Translations under genes and position numbers: made by a program
Part shown: one piece after another, positions 17,716 through 26,763 of the stretch
Layout: each line of letters opens with the position of its first letter
Numbering within the stretch: the first letter of the stretch is position 1
Notes under the pieces: model-generated
What the model saw: only the letters and a program-made list of their open reading frames with translations
Told to the model about the DNA's origin: nothing
Databases searched by the model: none
Virus genome (UHGV): UHGV-1477313
Length of the DNA: 29,790 nt
Strand: one strand, 5' to 3'
From: a virus

Positions 17716-18320
17716 CAGGACAACCTCGCAATGGTAAACTCATCAACCGGTGGCTGTGGTTCCTGTGATTCATTCTGGCTATGCGAGCCAGCACTAAGAA
17801 TCACGCGATTGTACATATTGAGGGCAAACGTACCGAGGTCTGCATTCCCAGTCAGCGCCATGTTAATAGCTGCCGCAAGACGCCAGGCCAACGCCTCCAT
17901 AAAAATGGCATCAAACATGTTCACATCTGAAACGCGAGAGACATACTTGAGCCATGCCTGCGGCTGGTCTGTGTAGATCAACTTTCCTGTTCCGTCGGTG
18001 TCTGCACCAACTTCGTACTGAACGCGCATTGCTGCTGTTGGATTGCGTACACCAGGAAGCATAATTTCAGTAATGCGCAGACAATCTGACGGGTACTGGT
18101 ACGCATATTCCCAGTCAGGCGGTGGATTGCTCGTATCTGCAAGCGCCACGCGTTTGGTAGCAAAGTTCCAGTCAAAATCAGAAAGCACAGCATCACGGCA
18201 GGCCTCAAAGTGCAGCGAACATTCCCCCGCTTCCTTGCTGGCTTCCGTCAGGCTGTTAATGCTGCGGCTATTGCCAATATTGGACAGCGCACGATTACAG
18301 ATCTCTACTACAGAGGCCAT
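17715..18320 (-). CDS. Tail tubular/adaptor protein A-like (201 aa)
   Basis: ORF; ATG at 18320 overlaps the upstream stop (ATGA). Function by size/order analogy only. Confidence 0.65.
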   Translation of the reverse strand: MASVVEICNRALSNIGNSRSINSLTEASKEAGECSLHFEACRDAVLSDFDWNFATKRVALADTSNPPPDWEYAYQYPSDCLRITEIMLPGVRNPTAAMRVQYEVGADTDGTGKLIYTDQPQAWLKYVSRVSDVNMFDAIFMEALAWRLAAAINMALTGNADLGTFALNMYNRVILSAGSHSQNESQEPQPPVDEFTIARLS

Positions 18321-18643
18321 CACTCACCTCCGTTACCGTACAGAGTTTCAGCCGCTGATTTTTCTACATCCCCGGAAACAGGAGCGATCGCCATATCAGT
18401 GATCTGCAGATCGGCGCTGCGATTAACACCATCGTCAGTTTCTCTGGCAGACAGGCCTCGAATAACAGCCTTTGCAGTTATCATCACTTCTGTTCCGATG
18501 CCCTGAGGTTGCGCCTTCAGCTTATTCAATGTGTCGTTATTAAGAGTGATGCACAGCCCCCACGGGTATTCATCGCGAGTTCTGGTTTCTCCGCTCTCAT
18601 CCTGGTAGCTGTCAGTGCCGGTTTTGAGGTTTACGAGTTCCAT
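18320..18643 (-). CDS. Hypothetical head/tail-associated protein (107 aa)
   Basis: ATG 18643 preceded by GGAG; ORF track used GTG 18649. Confidence 0.6.
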   Translation of the reverse strand: MELVNLKTGTDSYQDESGETRTRDEYPWGLCITLNNDTLNKLKAQPQGIGTEVMITAKAVIRGLSARETDDGVNRSADLQITDMAIAPVSGDVEKSAAETLYGNGGE

Positions 18644-18693
18644 ATACACTCCTGCAATAAAGGGGCCGAAGCCCCTTGTCTGATTCGCGAGGC

Positions 18694-19029
18694 TTACACG
18701 CCCAGTTCTTTACGCTTATCTGCGATCTTCTCGCGGAGCGTTTCGGCTTTGGCGTTATGGTGTGGCTTCTCGTTAAAGAGCAATTCGTACTCTTCACGGA
18801 GCTTATCCAGTTCACCATCATCTGACACATCGTTGATGATTTTGGTGCTGGTTGCTGCCATAGTCACCTTTCCTGCTACCTTTGCTTTTGCCTGTCTGGC
18901 TGCATCGTTAACAGGTTCCAGTGCGCTACCAGGCTCACCTTCGTATTCGATTTCTGCCCCCTCCGGCCACAGTGTGTTATGGATATGAGAGAGGCGCAGA
19001 ACGCGGTATCTTGGTTTCTCACCTGACAT
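18694..19029 (-). CDS. Hypothetical structural-module protein (111 aa)
   Basis: ATG 19029 preceded by AAGGTGA; ORF track used GTG 19038. Confidence 0.6.
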   Translation of the reverse strand: MSGEKPRYRVLRLSHIHNTLWPEGAEIEYEGEPGSALEPVNDAARQAKAKVAGKVTMAATSTKIINDVSDDGELDKLREEYELLFNEKPHHNAKAETLREKIADKRKELGV

Positions 19030-19039
19030 CGATATCACC

Positions 19040-19477
19040 TTAACCAGTTACTTTTGAGCGGATCGGATACGGCGTATTGGCATCAACATCAAGACTGATA
19101 CCAGCAGTGAATTCGCCAGCCGTTAGTGGGCCAGTTGCGACGGAGTAGTTAACACGCAGATATCGCTGAACACCGGCAGGCACCTTTGCAGAAACAACTC
19201 GTTTACCTGCTGTCAGGGCGGTCTTTGCCAGTGCACCACTATCATAAATAGTGGTCCATGAGCTGTTATCCTCACTCGTCTGCAACTGGATGTTTACAGT
19301 TGCATCACCGCTTGCTGCGGCGGCTGTGTTAACCAGCGCCCAAAACTCAAGCGGGTAACCCACGCCGATATCACGACGTTTTCCGTCAATTGGACCGAGA
19401 TCGATTACGTCAGTAGAAGCCGCGGTATCAGTTACCGCCTGTGCTTCGGAGAACATCAACAGTTTGTCGGTGATCAT
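19040..19477 (-). CDS. Putative capsid decoration/stabilisation protein (145 aa)
   Basis: GGAGAAAGAAG SD; immediately downstream of the major capsid gene. Function inferred from position. Confidence 0.6.
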   Translation of the reverse strand: MITDKLLMFSEAQAVTDTAASTDVIDLGPIDGKRRDIGVGYPLEFWALVNTAAAASGDATVNIQLQTSEDNSSWTTIYDSGALAKTALTAGKRVVSAKVPAGVQRYLRVNYSVATGPLTAGEFTAGISLDVDANTPYPIRSKVTG

Positions 19478-19528
19478 CTTCTTTCTCCATTAGTGGGTCT
19501 GTTACGACCCACAGGTTAATAACAGGCG

Positions 19529-20521
19529 TTACACCACGCGGGCTTCTGTTTCCAGAAGCGCATCAGTTTCACGGATTGGTACACCACGGAATGACGTCCA
19601 CCACTCGCCTTCAGTCTCTTTTACGCTAATCGCCAGAGATGTTTTCTCCAGAGACTGCAAATCAAGAGCCTGGCCTACAGTGCGGTTCATGTAGAACACC
19701 GGGCGACCCATGCCACGGTTTGGAATGCGATGCAGTGCTTTAACCATCAACTTCGCAATATTTGCGGCAGAGGAAGGTTCTGAAAGATTGCTGACATCGA
19801 TGTTTGCAATGCGAACAACATAACGCCAGTCACGCAGAGCAAGTCCGTTATCCCATTTGTAATGGGTGCGATAGCCTTCGTACTTGCCGCCATTAGCATC
19901 TTCCAGTGTCACCTGGCCTTTATCTTCCATCTGGATGCCAGCCTTCTGCCCTTTCGGGAAGATGCCATGCACGGTGTTTTCGCCCCACACCACTAACCAG
20001 ATTGAGGTGTTATCTGTACCCGTGCCACCAGCATCAATGATGTTCTGAGCATTACCCGCAGACAGGCTGGAATAGCGGGAGGACAGTCCCATAAACTGCT
20101 GAGGGTTAACGCTGGAATCACCATAAAACAGCGTCTGCGCCATCTGCTGATTCATCGCTTCAATAAATGCGCGGTCTTCAGACAGGCGGAATTCGGCGGT
20201 ATTGCCGTTCAGATCAGCCAGTGACTTATCGACTTCCGCATAGGTTTCCAGCATGCCAACGGAATCGGTTACCTGCACTGTGGTTGATTTGCTTGGCTGT
20301 ACGCCATAGTTCAGCAAACGCCAGGTAGCTGAAGGTAAACCAGAACGAATGGTGGTTCGGTGTCCGGTAGGAAGGTTCCCTTCGACAAAAGGCATATCCT
20401 GAAGGATCGGGTTAGTTTGACCGAGAAGCTCGATAATCTTATCGACTTTCCCGTTTGGATCGACGCGCTTACCCCAGTCAGCCAGCGTTAGCGCAGTTAA
20501 GCCTTTAACAGCCATTGTCAT
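19529..20521 (-). CDS. Major capsid protein
   Basis: 330-aa ORF downstream of the scaffold-like gene; size and position fit an HK97-fold major capsid protein. AGAGGAA SD. Confidence 0.8.
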   Translation of the reverse strand: MTMAVKGLTALTLADWGKRVDPNGKVDKIIELLGQTNPILQDMPFVEGNLPTGHRTTIRSGLPSATWRLLNYGVQPSKSTTVQVTDSVGMLETYAEVDKSLADLNGNTAEFRLSEDRAFIEAMNQQMAQTLFYGDSSVNPQQFMGLSSRYSSLSAGNAQNIIDAGGTGTDNTSIWLVVWGENTVHGIFPKGQKAGIQMEDKGQVTLEDANGGKYEGYRTHYKWDNGLALRDWRYVVRIANIDVSNLSEPSSAANIAKLMVKALHRIPNRGMGRPVFYMNRTVGQALDLQSLEKTSLAISVKETEGEWWTSFRGVPIRETDALLETEARVV

Positions 20522-20529
20522 TTCCTCTT

Positions 20530-21231
20530 TTATTTGCCATAGAGCACTTCGGCCGCACTACGCTGGCCTTCATTACCACCGGTGACCATGCCATCTTCAG
20601 ACATCGCCTTTCCGATTTTCACGAACGTTTTGACCAGATCAGGGTGATTACCCAGCCCGGTGGTGTTCAGATATTCTTTGAGTTCAGGTGTCCCGAACTG
20701 GTCAAGCGCACGCTGTGCGGCGCTAAGGTTAGAAATCAACTTGTCGCCACCGATTTCTTTGTCAGCTTTTACATCCGCAGCCCACTGCTCGGTTGTTTTC
20801 TGCCAGGCTTCTGCCTGGCGCTGCTGAACACCTGCCAGAATCTTCGGATAAGCATCAACCAGCTTTTGCGCTTGCTCGTTGGTCAGGTTAAGTTCTCGCG
20901 CCACCGGCTCGAATTCCTTCAACGCTTCTGTATCCAGCTCTACGCCTTCGGCAGCCTGAAACTCGTACTTCTCCGGCGCACCCTCCGGTTTATCGCCGTC
21001 ATTTTTTTCACCCTGCTTATCGCTTTCAGGCTTTTTGTCATCAGCAGGTTTATCGCCATCAGCAACAGGTTGTGGCTTATCACCTTCCTGTTGTGATGGA
21101 TCACCAACTGGAGCAGGGTTATCACCTGTAGGCGCTGACGGTTCTGACGCAGCCGGAGCTGCTCCACCATCGACTGGTTGCTCATTGCAAAGACGGCGAT
21201 ACAGCAAACGCTCAAATAAATTCATGATCAC
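20530..21231 (-). CDS. Scaffolding-like protein (acidic, low-complexity N-terminal region)
   Basis: 233-aa ORF between portal and capsid; Asp/Glu/Lys/Pro-rich with helical C-terminal part. Confidence 0.65.
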   Translation of the reverse strand: MIMNLFERLLYRRLCNEQPVDGGAAPAASEPSAPTGDNPAPVGDPSQQEGDKPQPVADGDKPADDKKPESDKQGEKNDGDKPEGAPEKYEFQAAEGVELDTEALKEFEPVARELNLTNEQAQKLVDAYPKILAGVQQRQAEAWQKTTEQWAADVKADKEIGGDKLISNLSAAQRALDQFGTPELKEYLNTTGLGNHPDLVKTFVKIGKAMSEDGMVTGGNEGQRSAAEVLYGK

Positions 21232-21524
21232 TCCTGTTCACTGGCCTCTTTGGCCATCTTCAAATACTGTTCAGGGCAATGCGCCATAACGCGCTGAAAC
21301 AGTTCCAGCGCCAGATTGCGTTGCCCCTCATTAAATGCCATTGCCATAGCGTCCATCGGTGAGATAGCGGAAAACACACGGCCTTTCTCCAGCACCGACC
21401 AGACAACGCGACGCCCCTGTTCACTGCTCATGACAAAGCGAATGTCATCAATTTCACGCTGCACCATGTCACGTTGCTTACGGGCGTTTTCTTCTTTCAG
21501 TTGATCGTCTTCGTAATCTGTCAT
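21228..21524 (-). CDS. Hypothetical protein (98 aa) between portal and scaffold
   Basis: ORF with ATGA overlap to the portal stop. Confidence 0.6.
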   Translation of the reverse strand: MTDYEDDQLKEENARKQRDMVQREIDDIRFVMSSEQGRRVVWSVLEKGRVFSAISPMDAMAMAFNEGQRNLALELFQRVMAHCPEQYLKMAKEASEQE

Positions 21525-23200
21525 TGTGATTGCCCACCCTGACCACTAACTGCATTCGCCATAGCTGACAAAACACTCGGATCCGAAGTTTTAGCTTCAC
21601 TTAGCGTCTTGGCACCCTGTGCCGCCGCCATCCCCATCGCCATCATTTGTTGCTGCTGTTGTTGCTGTGCCCGTTGCTGGCGAGCCTGCTCAACCTGTTC
21701 CTGCGGAACAATGACGGTTGGAGACACTCCGGACATATCAGCGAATGCATCGATCGCCTGATCAACGTTGAGTTTGTCGAGAGCTTCTGGTTTCGCTTGC
21801 GCAAGTTGACCAATGAAGTTAACCGTGGACGCCAGACTGGACAGGCCGATAGACTTCTGCGCCTGAGCCATGACGGAAATGTATTCGACCTTCAGGGGCA
21901 TGCCTTCCATCGCGTCAGGCGGTGGCGGCAGCATGTTTTTACGCACCATCATAGAGAAAGCGCGGTCAATGAGAGGATTAAGACATTCGTCGTTCAGACG
22001 CTCCAGAACCGGCCCCAACATCAGAAGTTTTTCTTCTTTCATTTCGATCACCGCTTCAACAGGCATCGAGCGGGTATTGATGTTCTGCAACATCATGAAC
22101 AGATCGACAAAGTAGGCGCTGTTAATGATTTGGCGAGTGTCCTGAATGTCTGCCACCAGATCTGCTGTACTGGGGTTAACCAGATAAGCAGGCCTGAAAC
22201 CATCCTGACCAGTAATCTGATCGATATACGTGATGTCGCCAGGAAGAAGGGAGGCGCGCTGATTCTTGAGGGAAGTCGGAGCAACCATCGGCGGATTGGT
22301 GGCTTTATCAATCAACTGCGACTTGCGCTTCTGGAGAAGCTGCAATGCCTTAACAGGTCCAAGCGCCAGCATACCCGGGCATGATGATCCATAAACATCT
22401 TCGCCGTTAACTTCCCAGCGCGGAGCCATAATTGGAAACTCATCGAATCCGGACTCACGCAACAACTTGTCGTTATCGCCGCCAACCTCGTAATAAACCG
22501 ATTTGAATGGCTTGTTCTTGCTATCCAGCTTCGATGTATCGCGGTCAATGTTCGGGTAAACCGAATGCATCACTTCGATCCACTTCTCGTAGGTGCCGCT
22601 TTCCCACATGCTTTTTACGGATTCGCTGACGTTATTTAGCCCGAACTCCTGAACAAGCTGACGAACAGTCATAGAGAACTTGCGAAAACAGGTGTCAACA
22701 CTGCCACGAGGTGAGTTAGCCAGGTAGTAACTGCCTATCGGGAATGGCATTGTGCGAATGATGTCCTCGTCATCCTCCAGCACTGCCATTGCACCAGTGC
22801 TGTATGTGCCGAGGCTTCCGTATAACTGCGGAAGAGACTGGTAGAGATTCGACTTATTGAACATATCGTTCATGCGGTTCTGCACCGCCTCAAGCCACAA
22901 CTTAACAGGGCCATAATCCATCATTTCAGGATCTGGCGTAGCCAGGCGAAACCACGGACGGGCGGGGCTTGTGATGCCTGACATCATGCCGCTGGCGAGA
23001 GTGCGCGCCGCCATAGTCCCGGTCGAATCAATAATACGTGTATTGCGTCGATCGTTACGGTTGACCTCAGAAGTCAGAAAGCGGGAACCACGCGGGTTAA
23101 TGTAATCACTCAACTCGCGCCAGTGCGGCTCGAACGACTGACGCTCGCTTTCAAGTTGTGCGAACTGTTTGTTCAATCGCTCTTTAGTTGTTTCCGCCAT
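21521..23200 (-). CDS. Portal protein
   Basis: 559-aa ORF immediately downstream of terminase in the packaging module; GGAG SD; Gln-rich C-terminus. Confidence 0.8.
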   Translation of the reverse strand: MAETTKERLNKQFAQLESERQSFEPHWRELSDYINPRGSRFLTSEVNRNDRRNTRIIDSTGTMAARTLASGMMSGITSPARPWFRLATPDPEMMDYGPVKLWLEAVQNRMNDMFNKSNLYQSLPQLYGSLGTYSTGAMAVLEDDEDIIRTMPFPIGSYYLANSPRGSVDTCFRKFSMTVRQLVQEFGLNNVSESVKSMWESGTYEKWIEVMHSVYPNIDRDTSKLDSKNKPFKSVYYEVGGDNDKLLRESGFDEFPIMAPRWEVNGEDVYGSSCPGMLALGPVKALQLLQKRKSQLIDKATNPPMVAPTSLKNQRASLLPGDITYIDQITGQDGFRPAYLVNPSTADLVADIQDTRQIINSAYFVDLFMMLQNINTRSMPVEAVIEMKEEKLLMLGPVLERLNDECLNPLIDRAFSMMVRKNMLPPPPDAMEGMPLKVEYISVMAQAQKSIGLSSLASTVNFIGQLAQAKPEALDKLNVDQAIDAFADMSGVSPTVIVPQEQVEQARQQRAQQQQQQQMMAMGMAAAQGAKTLSEAKTSDPSVLSAMANAVSGQGGQSQ

Positions 23201-23214
23201 TTCAATGACTCCGG

Positions 23215-23421
23215 TTACTGACCAAGCAGCGTTTTACCGCTGGTATTAGCGGTTGATGTGTCGCCCTGAGAACCGGTAAGCAGCGTAGAACTACGACCAG
23301 CAGCAGCGCGACGGCGACGAGTTTCTTCGTCGCGGGCATCAACAACGGCGGCATCCTGCTCCTGTGGTGCTGCCTGAACTTCTGGTGTTGCAGGCACTGA
23401 TGGTGAGCTACCCATGCACAT
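23215..23421 (-). CDS. Small hypothetical protein (68 aa) upstream of portal
   Basis: ORF whose translation initiation region (CGGAGTCATTGATATG) nearly duplicates the portal one (CGGAGTCATTGAAATG). A different-frame ORF (23202..23441) overlaps it, so the call is uncertain. Confidence 0.35.
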   Translation of the reverse strand: MCMGSSPSVPATPEVQAAPQEQDAAVVDARDEETRRRRAAAGRSSTLLTGSQGDTSTANTSGKTLLGQ

Positions 23422-23511
23422 ATCAATGACTCCGTACGCAATTAAATTATTACCAATTTAACCACATATGATTTATTTATCGTAGGTTGTTGACATTTAA
23501 CGCACGAATTA

Positions 23512-23526
23512 TTACCTTCAAGGTAA
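23512..23526. promoter_or_regulatory. Operator-like perfect dyad TTACC-ttcaa-GGTAA next to a TTGACA -35-like hexamer (23490..23495)
   Basis: Read directly; positioned at the start of the plus-strand tRNA island. Confidence 0.45.
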
Positions 23527-23847
23527 ATATAGGGTTCATTCCGGTTATTAACCTGACTGGCTTGTCGTTAAATTGAACAGGTGGAGTGAGCTTTTATTTT
23601 GAGTAGTACGGCGTATGGCACATGCGCCGATAGCGGTCTGGGTACGTTTAAGGGGCACCCTCCCTTGCTCGGGCAAACGAACCAGGTAGCCGGAATGTGC
23701 AAGTCGAGCGGTTTTATTCCGCGCACGGGGATTCACCATCCCGGCGATTCGGTGTGACGCCTCGGAAGAGACGAGGTACAACGATGAGAGCATTTATGGA
23801 GCCGCGACAAAGTGTGGCGCCTTAACAGGCTAAGTGCTCTCAGCGTT

Positions 23848-23924
23848 GTGGCATTAGCTCAGTTGGACAGAGCAATCGCCTTCTAAGCGGTTGGTCGCAG
23901 GTTCGAATCCTGCATGCCACGCCA
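23848..23924 (+). tRNA. tRNA-Arg (anticodon UCU), argU-like
   Basis: Manual cloverleaf: acceptor GTGGCAT/ATGCCAC, D-stem GCTC/GAGC, anticodon stem ATCGC/GCGGT with loop CTTCTAA (anticodon TCT), T-arm GCAGG-TTCGAAT-CCTGC, discriminator G plus encoded CCA. Core closely resembles E. coli argU. Confidence 0.9.
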
Positions 23925-23967
23925 GAATCACGCCTAAGGACCGTGATGCCAGAAGTTCCAGGTGCTT

Positions 23968-24009
23968 GGCGGTGATGGTTTCCCTTGAAGAACTATCACC
24001 GCCCTTTTT
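23968..24009 (+). terminator. Intrinsic terminator downstream of the tRNA (GGCGGTGAT...ATCACCGCC then CTTTTT)
   Basis: 9-bp perfect stem with T-run, read directly. Confidence 0.6.
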
Positions 24010-24087
24010 ACAGCAGGACGCCATTGCGATGACTTCATGCTGTAAACCAGTACAGCCACGGAAGGCATAACTCATTGCTTCCAGTTC

Positions 24088-24111
24088 GCCCGGTTCGCCG
24101 GGCATTTTTTT
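24088..24111 (+). terminator. Hairpin GCCCGG-TTCG-CCGGGC plus 7 T, immediately 5' of the RBS of the 24123 gene (terminator or attenuator)
   Basis: Read directly; UUCG tetraloop, U-tract ends 1 nt before the AAGGTGAG SD. Confidence 0.45.
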
Positions 24112-24122
24112 AAGGTGAGATT

Positions 24123-24494
24123 ATGAACGACCAGCAAATCGAAAAAGAAATCGTTGAGAAAGGCAAAACGGCACCGCGCGTTACGCCAGACCATATCGAA
24201 GGCATTATTGCTCAGGAGGCATATTTCACAGCAGAAGATGGTGCCTTTGGCAAAGCCATAAAAGCGAAACATACTGGCGGAGAGGTAAACTACCAGCCGC
24301 ACGAATCACTTTCTCTGCTGACGTTCTGCGTCCTGGTGCTGCGCAACGGCTTCACCGTCACAGGAGAGAGCGCCTGTGCAAGCCCGGAAAACTTTGATGC
24401 GGAAATTGGTCGGAAGATTGCCCGGCAGAATGCTGTAAACAAAATCTGGATGCTTGAAGGTTACTTACTGAAGCAGAAGTTAAGCGAGCAATAA
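24123..24494 (+). CDS. Small conserved phage protein (123 aa), hypothetical
   Basis: AAGGTGAG SD. The translation resembles a family of roughly 120-aa proteins I recall from enterobacterial phages (possibly the N4 gp49 / Sf6 gp66-like family); the family name is uncertain. Confidence 0.65.
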   Translation: MNDQQIEKEIVEKGKTAPRVTPDHIEGIIAQEAYFTAEDGAFGKAIKAKHTGGEVNYQPHESLSLLTFCVLVLRNGFTVTGESACASPENFDAEIGRKIARQNAVNKIWMLEGYLLKQKLSEQ

Positions 24495-24498
24495 CACC

Positions 24499-24510
24499 GT
24501 GACATGTCAC
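24499..24510. repeat. 12-bp perfect palindrome GTGACATGTCAC, copy 2 of 3
   Basis: Exact match; lies 5 nt after the stop of the 24123..24494 gene, followed by a weak hairpin and T-rich tract (24517..24541). Confidence 0.6.
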
Positions 24511-24584
24511 AAACAGCCAGCCGATGAGCTGGATTTGTTTTATCCTCACCAGAGGATATCTCCGTCATTATCCCCGCTAACGGA

Positions 24585-26060
24585 TTAAGCATAGGGATCG
24601 TACTCGGTAAGCGCCTTGCCTTGCTGGTTCTGCTGCCCGGGAAGTCGCAGGCGCTTCGACACCGGGAAAGCAAACGTCAGCAGTAGCGCATCGCCTTTAC
24701 CCGGCGAACGCCCAAGCCGCTCCTTGATATCTTCCTTCGGTTCGATAACGATTTTACCGTCCACGCGAACTTTGTACTCTGCCGCCGACAGGTCGTCCGC
24801 TGTTTCCTGGTCATCCAGCATCCCGCCGAGCCTCAGCCATGTCTTGCATGCATTGAACATCTCCCCGCGCTTATTGAGCATCTGCGGGTCAGTAGACGCG
24901 CCGCCGAACGGAACAAGTTGCCATGTACGACCCCAGCCGTCACCGATTGACTTCAGACCGGTACCGTAGCCGAAGTCGATGAACACCGCGTCAGCCTGAT
25001 ACTGGTCTTCAAAGTCAGCGATACGCTTTGCCATAATCAGATCGTCAGTGGTCTTGTTGCCGGTCCACAGCACCTTACTGTGCAGCCCCTGCCGCAGGTA
25101 TATCACCGCGTCATCAACGCCTGAGTATGCCGGGTCAACGCCGATTATCACCGGAGCATGTGCAACCTGCGCAGCGGTGACCACCCGTTTCATTGCCTCG
25201 TCAGTAAGACCGGTAGGGATAAACTGCAATTCAGATGCATCAGGGAATATGCCGCGCACACGGATTTTAACGAAGTCGCTGTCTTCCCCGTAGTCATCAA
25301 CCCATTTCTGCAACTGCTGTTTGTTGGTGCCTTCCACCGTCCGGCTGTCAATCTGCGCAGTTTTCCAGCGGTGTTTATATTTGCGGAAACATTCGCGGAA
25401 ACGTCCGGTATTACGCGTCGGGTTTCCGAACGCCACCCAGATAATCTCAGTGTCTTCGTCCGTTAGCGCACCCTCGGCAACTTCCCACACCAGATCCGCA
25501 ATGTTCGACGCTTCATCGAATACCACGATGATGCGTTTGCGCTCGTTGTGTAGTCCGGCGAATGCCTCAGTGTTGTGCTCAGACCAGGGTATTGCGTCAG
25601 CCCGCCACCGCTTGTCGTGCCCAGGGTCATTGCTGTACATCGCGGTAGCGGTACAGGTAAACCAGTCTTTCGTGATAGCAAGGTTCGACCACTTGATAAT
25701 TTCCGGCCAGGTCTTCGTTCGTAGCTGGTTGTCGGTGTTGGCAGTCACCACGACCTTACAATCCTCGCAAGTGGACATGCCCCAGTTGATCAGCATTGAG
25801 ATGAATGCTGATTTACCAATACCGTGACCCGAAGCGCGTGCCAGCATAAGCGGCTGATAGCGCGCCTCTGGATTCTGCAGGTGATCACGTATCTCTCGGA
25901 ACGCATCGGCCTGCCACTGACGTGGGCCGGTAGCATGTGCCAGTTCAGTCCCCTCTTCCCCCCACGGGAACGCATAGAGGGCATAGCCAAGCGGATCGTG
26001 AGTGAACCCTGCAATATCCTCGATCAACTGCTCTTCAGGAGATAACGCTGTATCTGTCAC
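24585..26060 (-). CDS. Terminase large subunit
   Basis: 491-aa ORF with Walker A-like ARASGHGIGKS and a nuclease-like C-terminal half. GTG start overlaps the small-terminase stop (GTGA). Confidence 0.85.
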   Translation of the reverse strand: MTDTALSPEEQLIEDIAGFTHDPLGYALYAFPWGEEGTELAHATGPRQWQADAFREIRDHLQNPEARYQPLMLARASGHGIGKSAFISMLINWGMSTCEDCKVVVTANTDNQLRTKTWPEIIKWSNLAITKDWFTCTATAMYSNDPGHDKRWRADAIPWSEHNTEAFAGLHNERKRIIVVFDEASNIADLVWEVAEGALTDEDTEIIWVAFGNPTRNTGRFRECFRKYKHRWKTAQIDSRTVEGTNKQQLQKWVDDYGEDSDFVKIRVRGIFPDASELQFIPTGLTDEAMKRVVTAAQVAHAPVIIGVDPAYSGVDDAVIYLRQGLHSKVLWTGNKTTDDLIMAKRIADFEDQYQADAVFIDFGYGTGLKSIGDGWGRTWQLVPFGGASTDPQMLNKRGEMFNACKTWLRLGGMLDDQETADDLSAAEYKVRVDGKIVIEPKEDIKERLGRSPGKGDALLLTFAFPVSKRLRLPGQQNQQGKALTEYDPYA

Positions 26061-26653
26061 TGATTACCATCCTGACGTTCTTTGAGTCGCTTCCTGGCTG
26101 CTGCTATGCGATCAGCAATTGTCACATTCACATTAACATCCAGACGTTCTTTGAACGCGTTGACATCAACATGCTTACCAATCAGCTCAAGGTTCTTCAC
26201 CTTGTCAGGCCATTTAATTTTTTTGAGGATTGTCTCTATCGAATCCTCGTTCATGTTCATGATGGTCGATGACAGATCAAAGCCGCTAAGCGTAGTGCGC
26301 CAGATTTTCGGCCACTCGCGGATTGGTTTAAGGCTCCCATCGTCGTTGAGGATGTCGATCACGTCCATCTGGTCGATCTCCACCAGGCGCATGAGAACGT
26401 AATCAGCACTGACGCGCATTCGTTTGTTGCGCTCCTCCATCAACTCAGCAATCCGTTTTTGAATGCGTTCATCGCGCATCATGACACTGGCTTTAACTGC
26501 CGCTGTATTTGGGGAGAATCCTGCGTTAATCGCTGCCTGAGTCTGGTTTTCAGGCGTTTTGATGTATGACTGGCAATAAGCCTCCTGCATTGCTGTTAGT
26601 GGCTTAAATTGCGTTGATTTGCGTTTATAGGTTTTAGGTTCAGCAGGCATCAT
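26057..26653 (-). CDS. Terminase small subunit
   Basis: Region KPLTAMQEAYCQSYIKTPENQTQAAINAGFSPNTAAVKASVMMRDERIQKRI looks like small-terminase DNA-binding domains. Likely start is ATG 26653 (MMPAEPK); the ORF track's TTG extension to 26731 is probably not translated. Confidence 0.75.
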   Translation of the reverse strand: MMPAEPKTYKRKSTQFKPLTAMQEAYCQSYIKTPENQTQAAINAGFSPNTAAVKASVMMRDERIQKRIAELMEERNKRMRVSADYVLMRLVEIDQMDVIDILNDDGSLKPIREWPKIWRTTLSGFDLSSTIMNMNEDSIETILKKIKWPDKVKNLELIGKHVDVNAFKERLDVNVNVTIADRIAAARKRLKERQDGNQ

Positions 26654-26670
26654 AACCACCGTGGTAATAG

Positions 26671-26685
26671 TTACCGTTGTGGTAA
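26671..26685. promoter_or_regulatory. Operator-like dyad TTACC-gttgt-GGTAA inside direct repeats GTGGTAATAGT (26661..26671 and 26679..26689), just upstream of the terS start
   Basis: Read directly. Confidence 0.4.
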
Positions 26686-26763
26686 TAGTACCATGCAAAA
26701 TAAAGCCGCCATAGTTGGCGGCAGTATTCAAAACCCGTCAAATTCATCATGCATAATCTACTC

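Noticed and set aside
7856-18988. Short ORFs on either strand nested inside the large structural genes (e.g. 8431..8892, 9710..10225, 10699..11175, 13564..14181, 16582..16971, 18509..18988)
   Set aside because: Each is embedded in or antisense to a long ORF with coupled starts and stops, and the translations are compositionally biased; no independent support.
21647-22384. Plus-strand 245-aa ORF antisense to the portal gene
   Set aside because: His/Arg-rich translation typical of reverse-frame artefacts in GC-rich coding sequence; the portal ORF on the minus strand is far better supported by context.
23560-23850. Possible second tRNA or tmRNA in the leader upstream of tRNA-Arg
   Set aside because: No segment folds into a cloverleaf with a TΨC-like loop, and no tag-peptide reading frame with a tRNA-like 3' end was found; the region is kept as unexplained structured RNA, not called as a gene.
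24040-24055. Second CTGT-N8-ACAG element (CTGTAAACCAGTACAG) resembling a LexA box
   Set aside because: The spacer is not AT-rich and the flanks do not match the TACTG/CAGTA consensus; it lies between two terminators, not at a promoter. Probably a chance match.
23548-24549. Minus-strand ORFs between terL and portal (23548..23793, 23854..24105, 24072..24302, 24358..24549)
   Set aside because: They are antisense to the tRNA-Arg gene, its terminators and the plus-strand 24123..24494 gene; 23854..24105 reads straight through the tRNA complement. No SD motifs.
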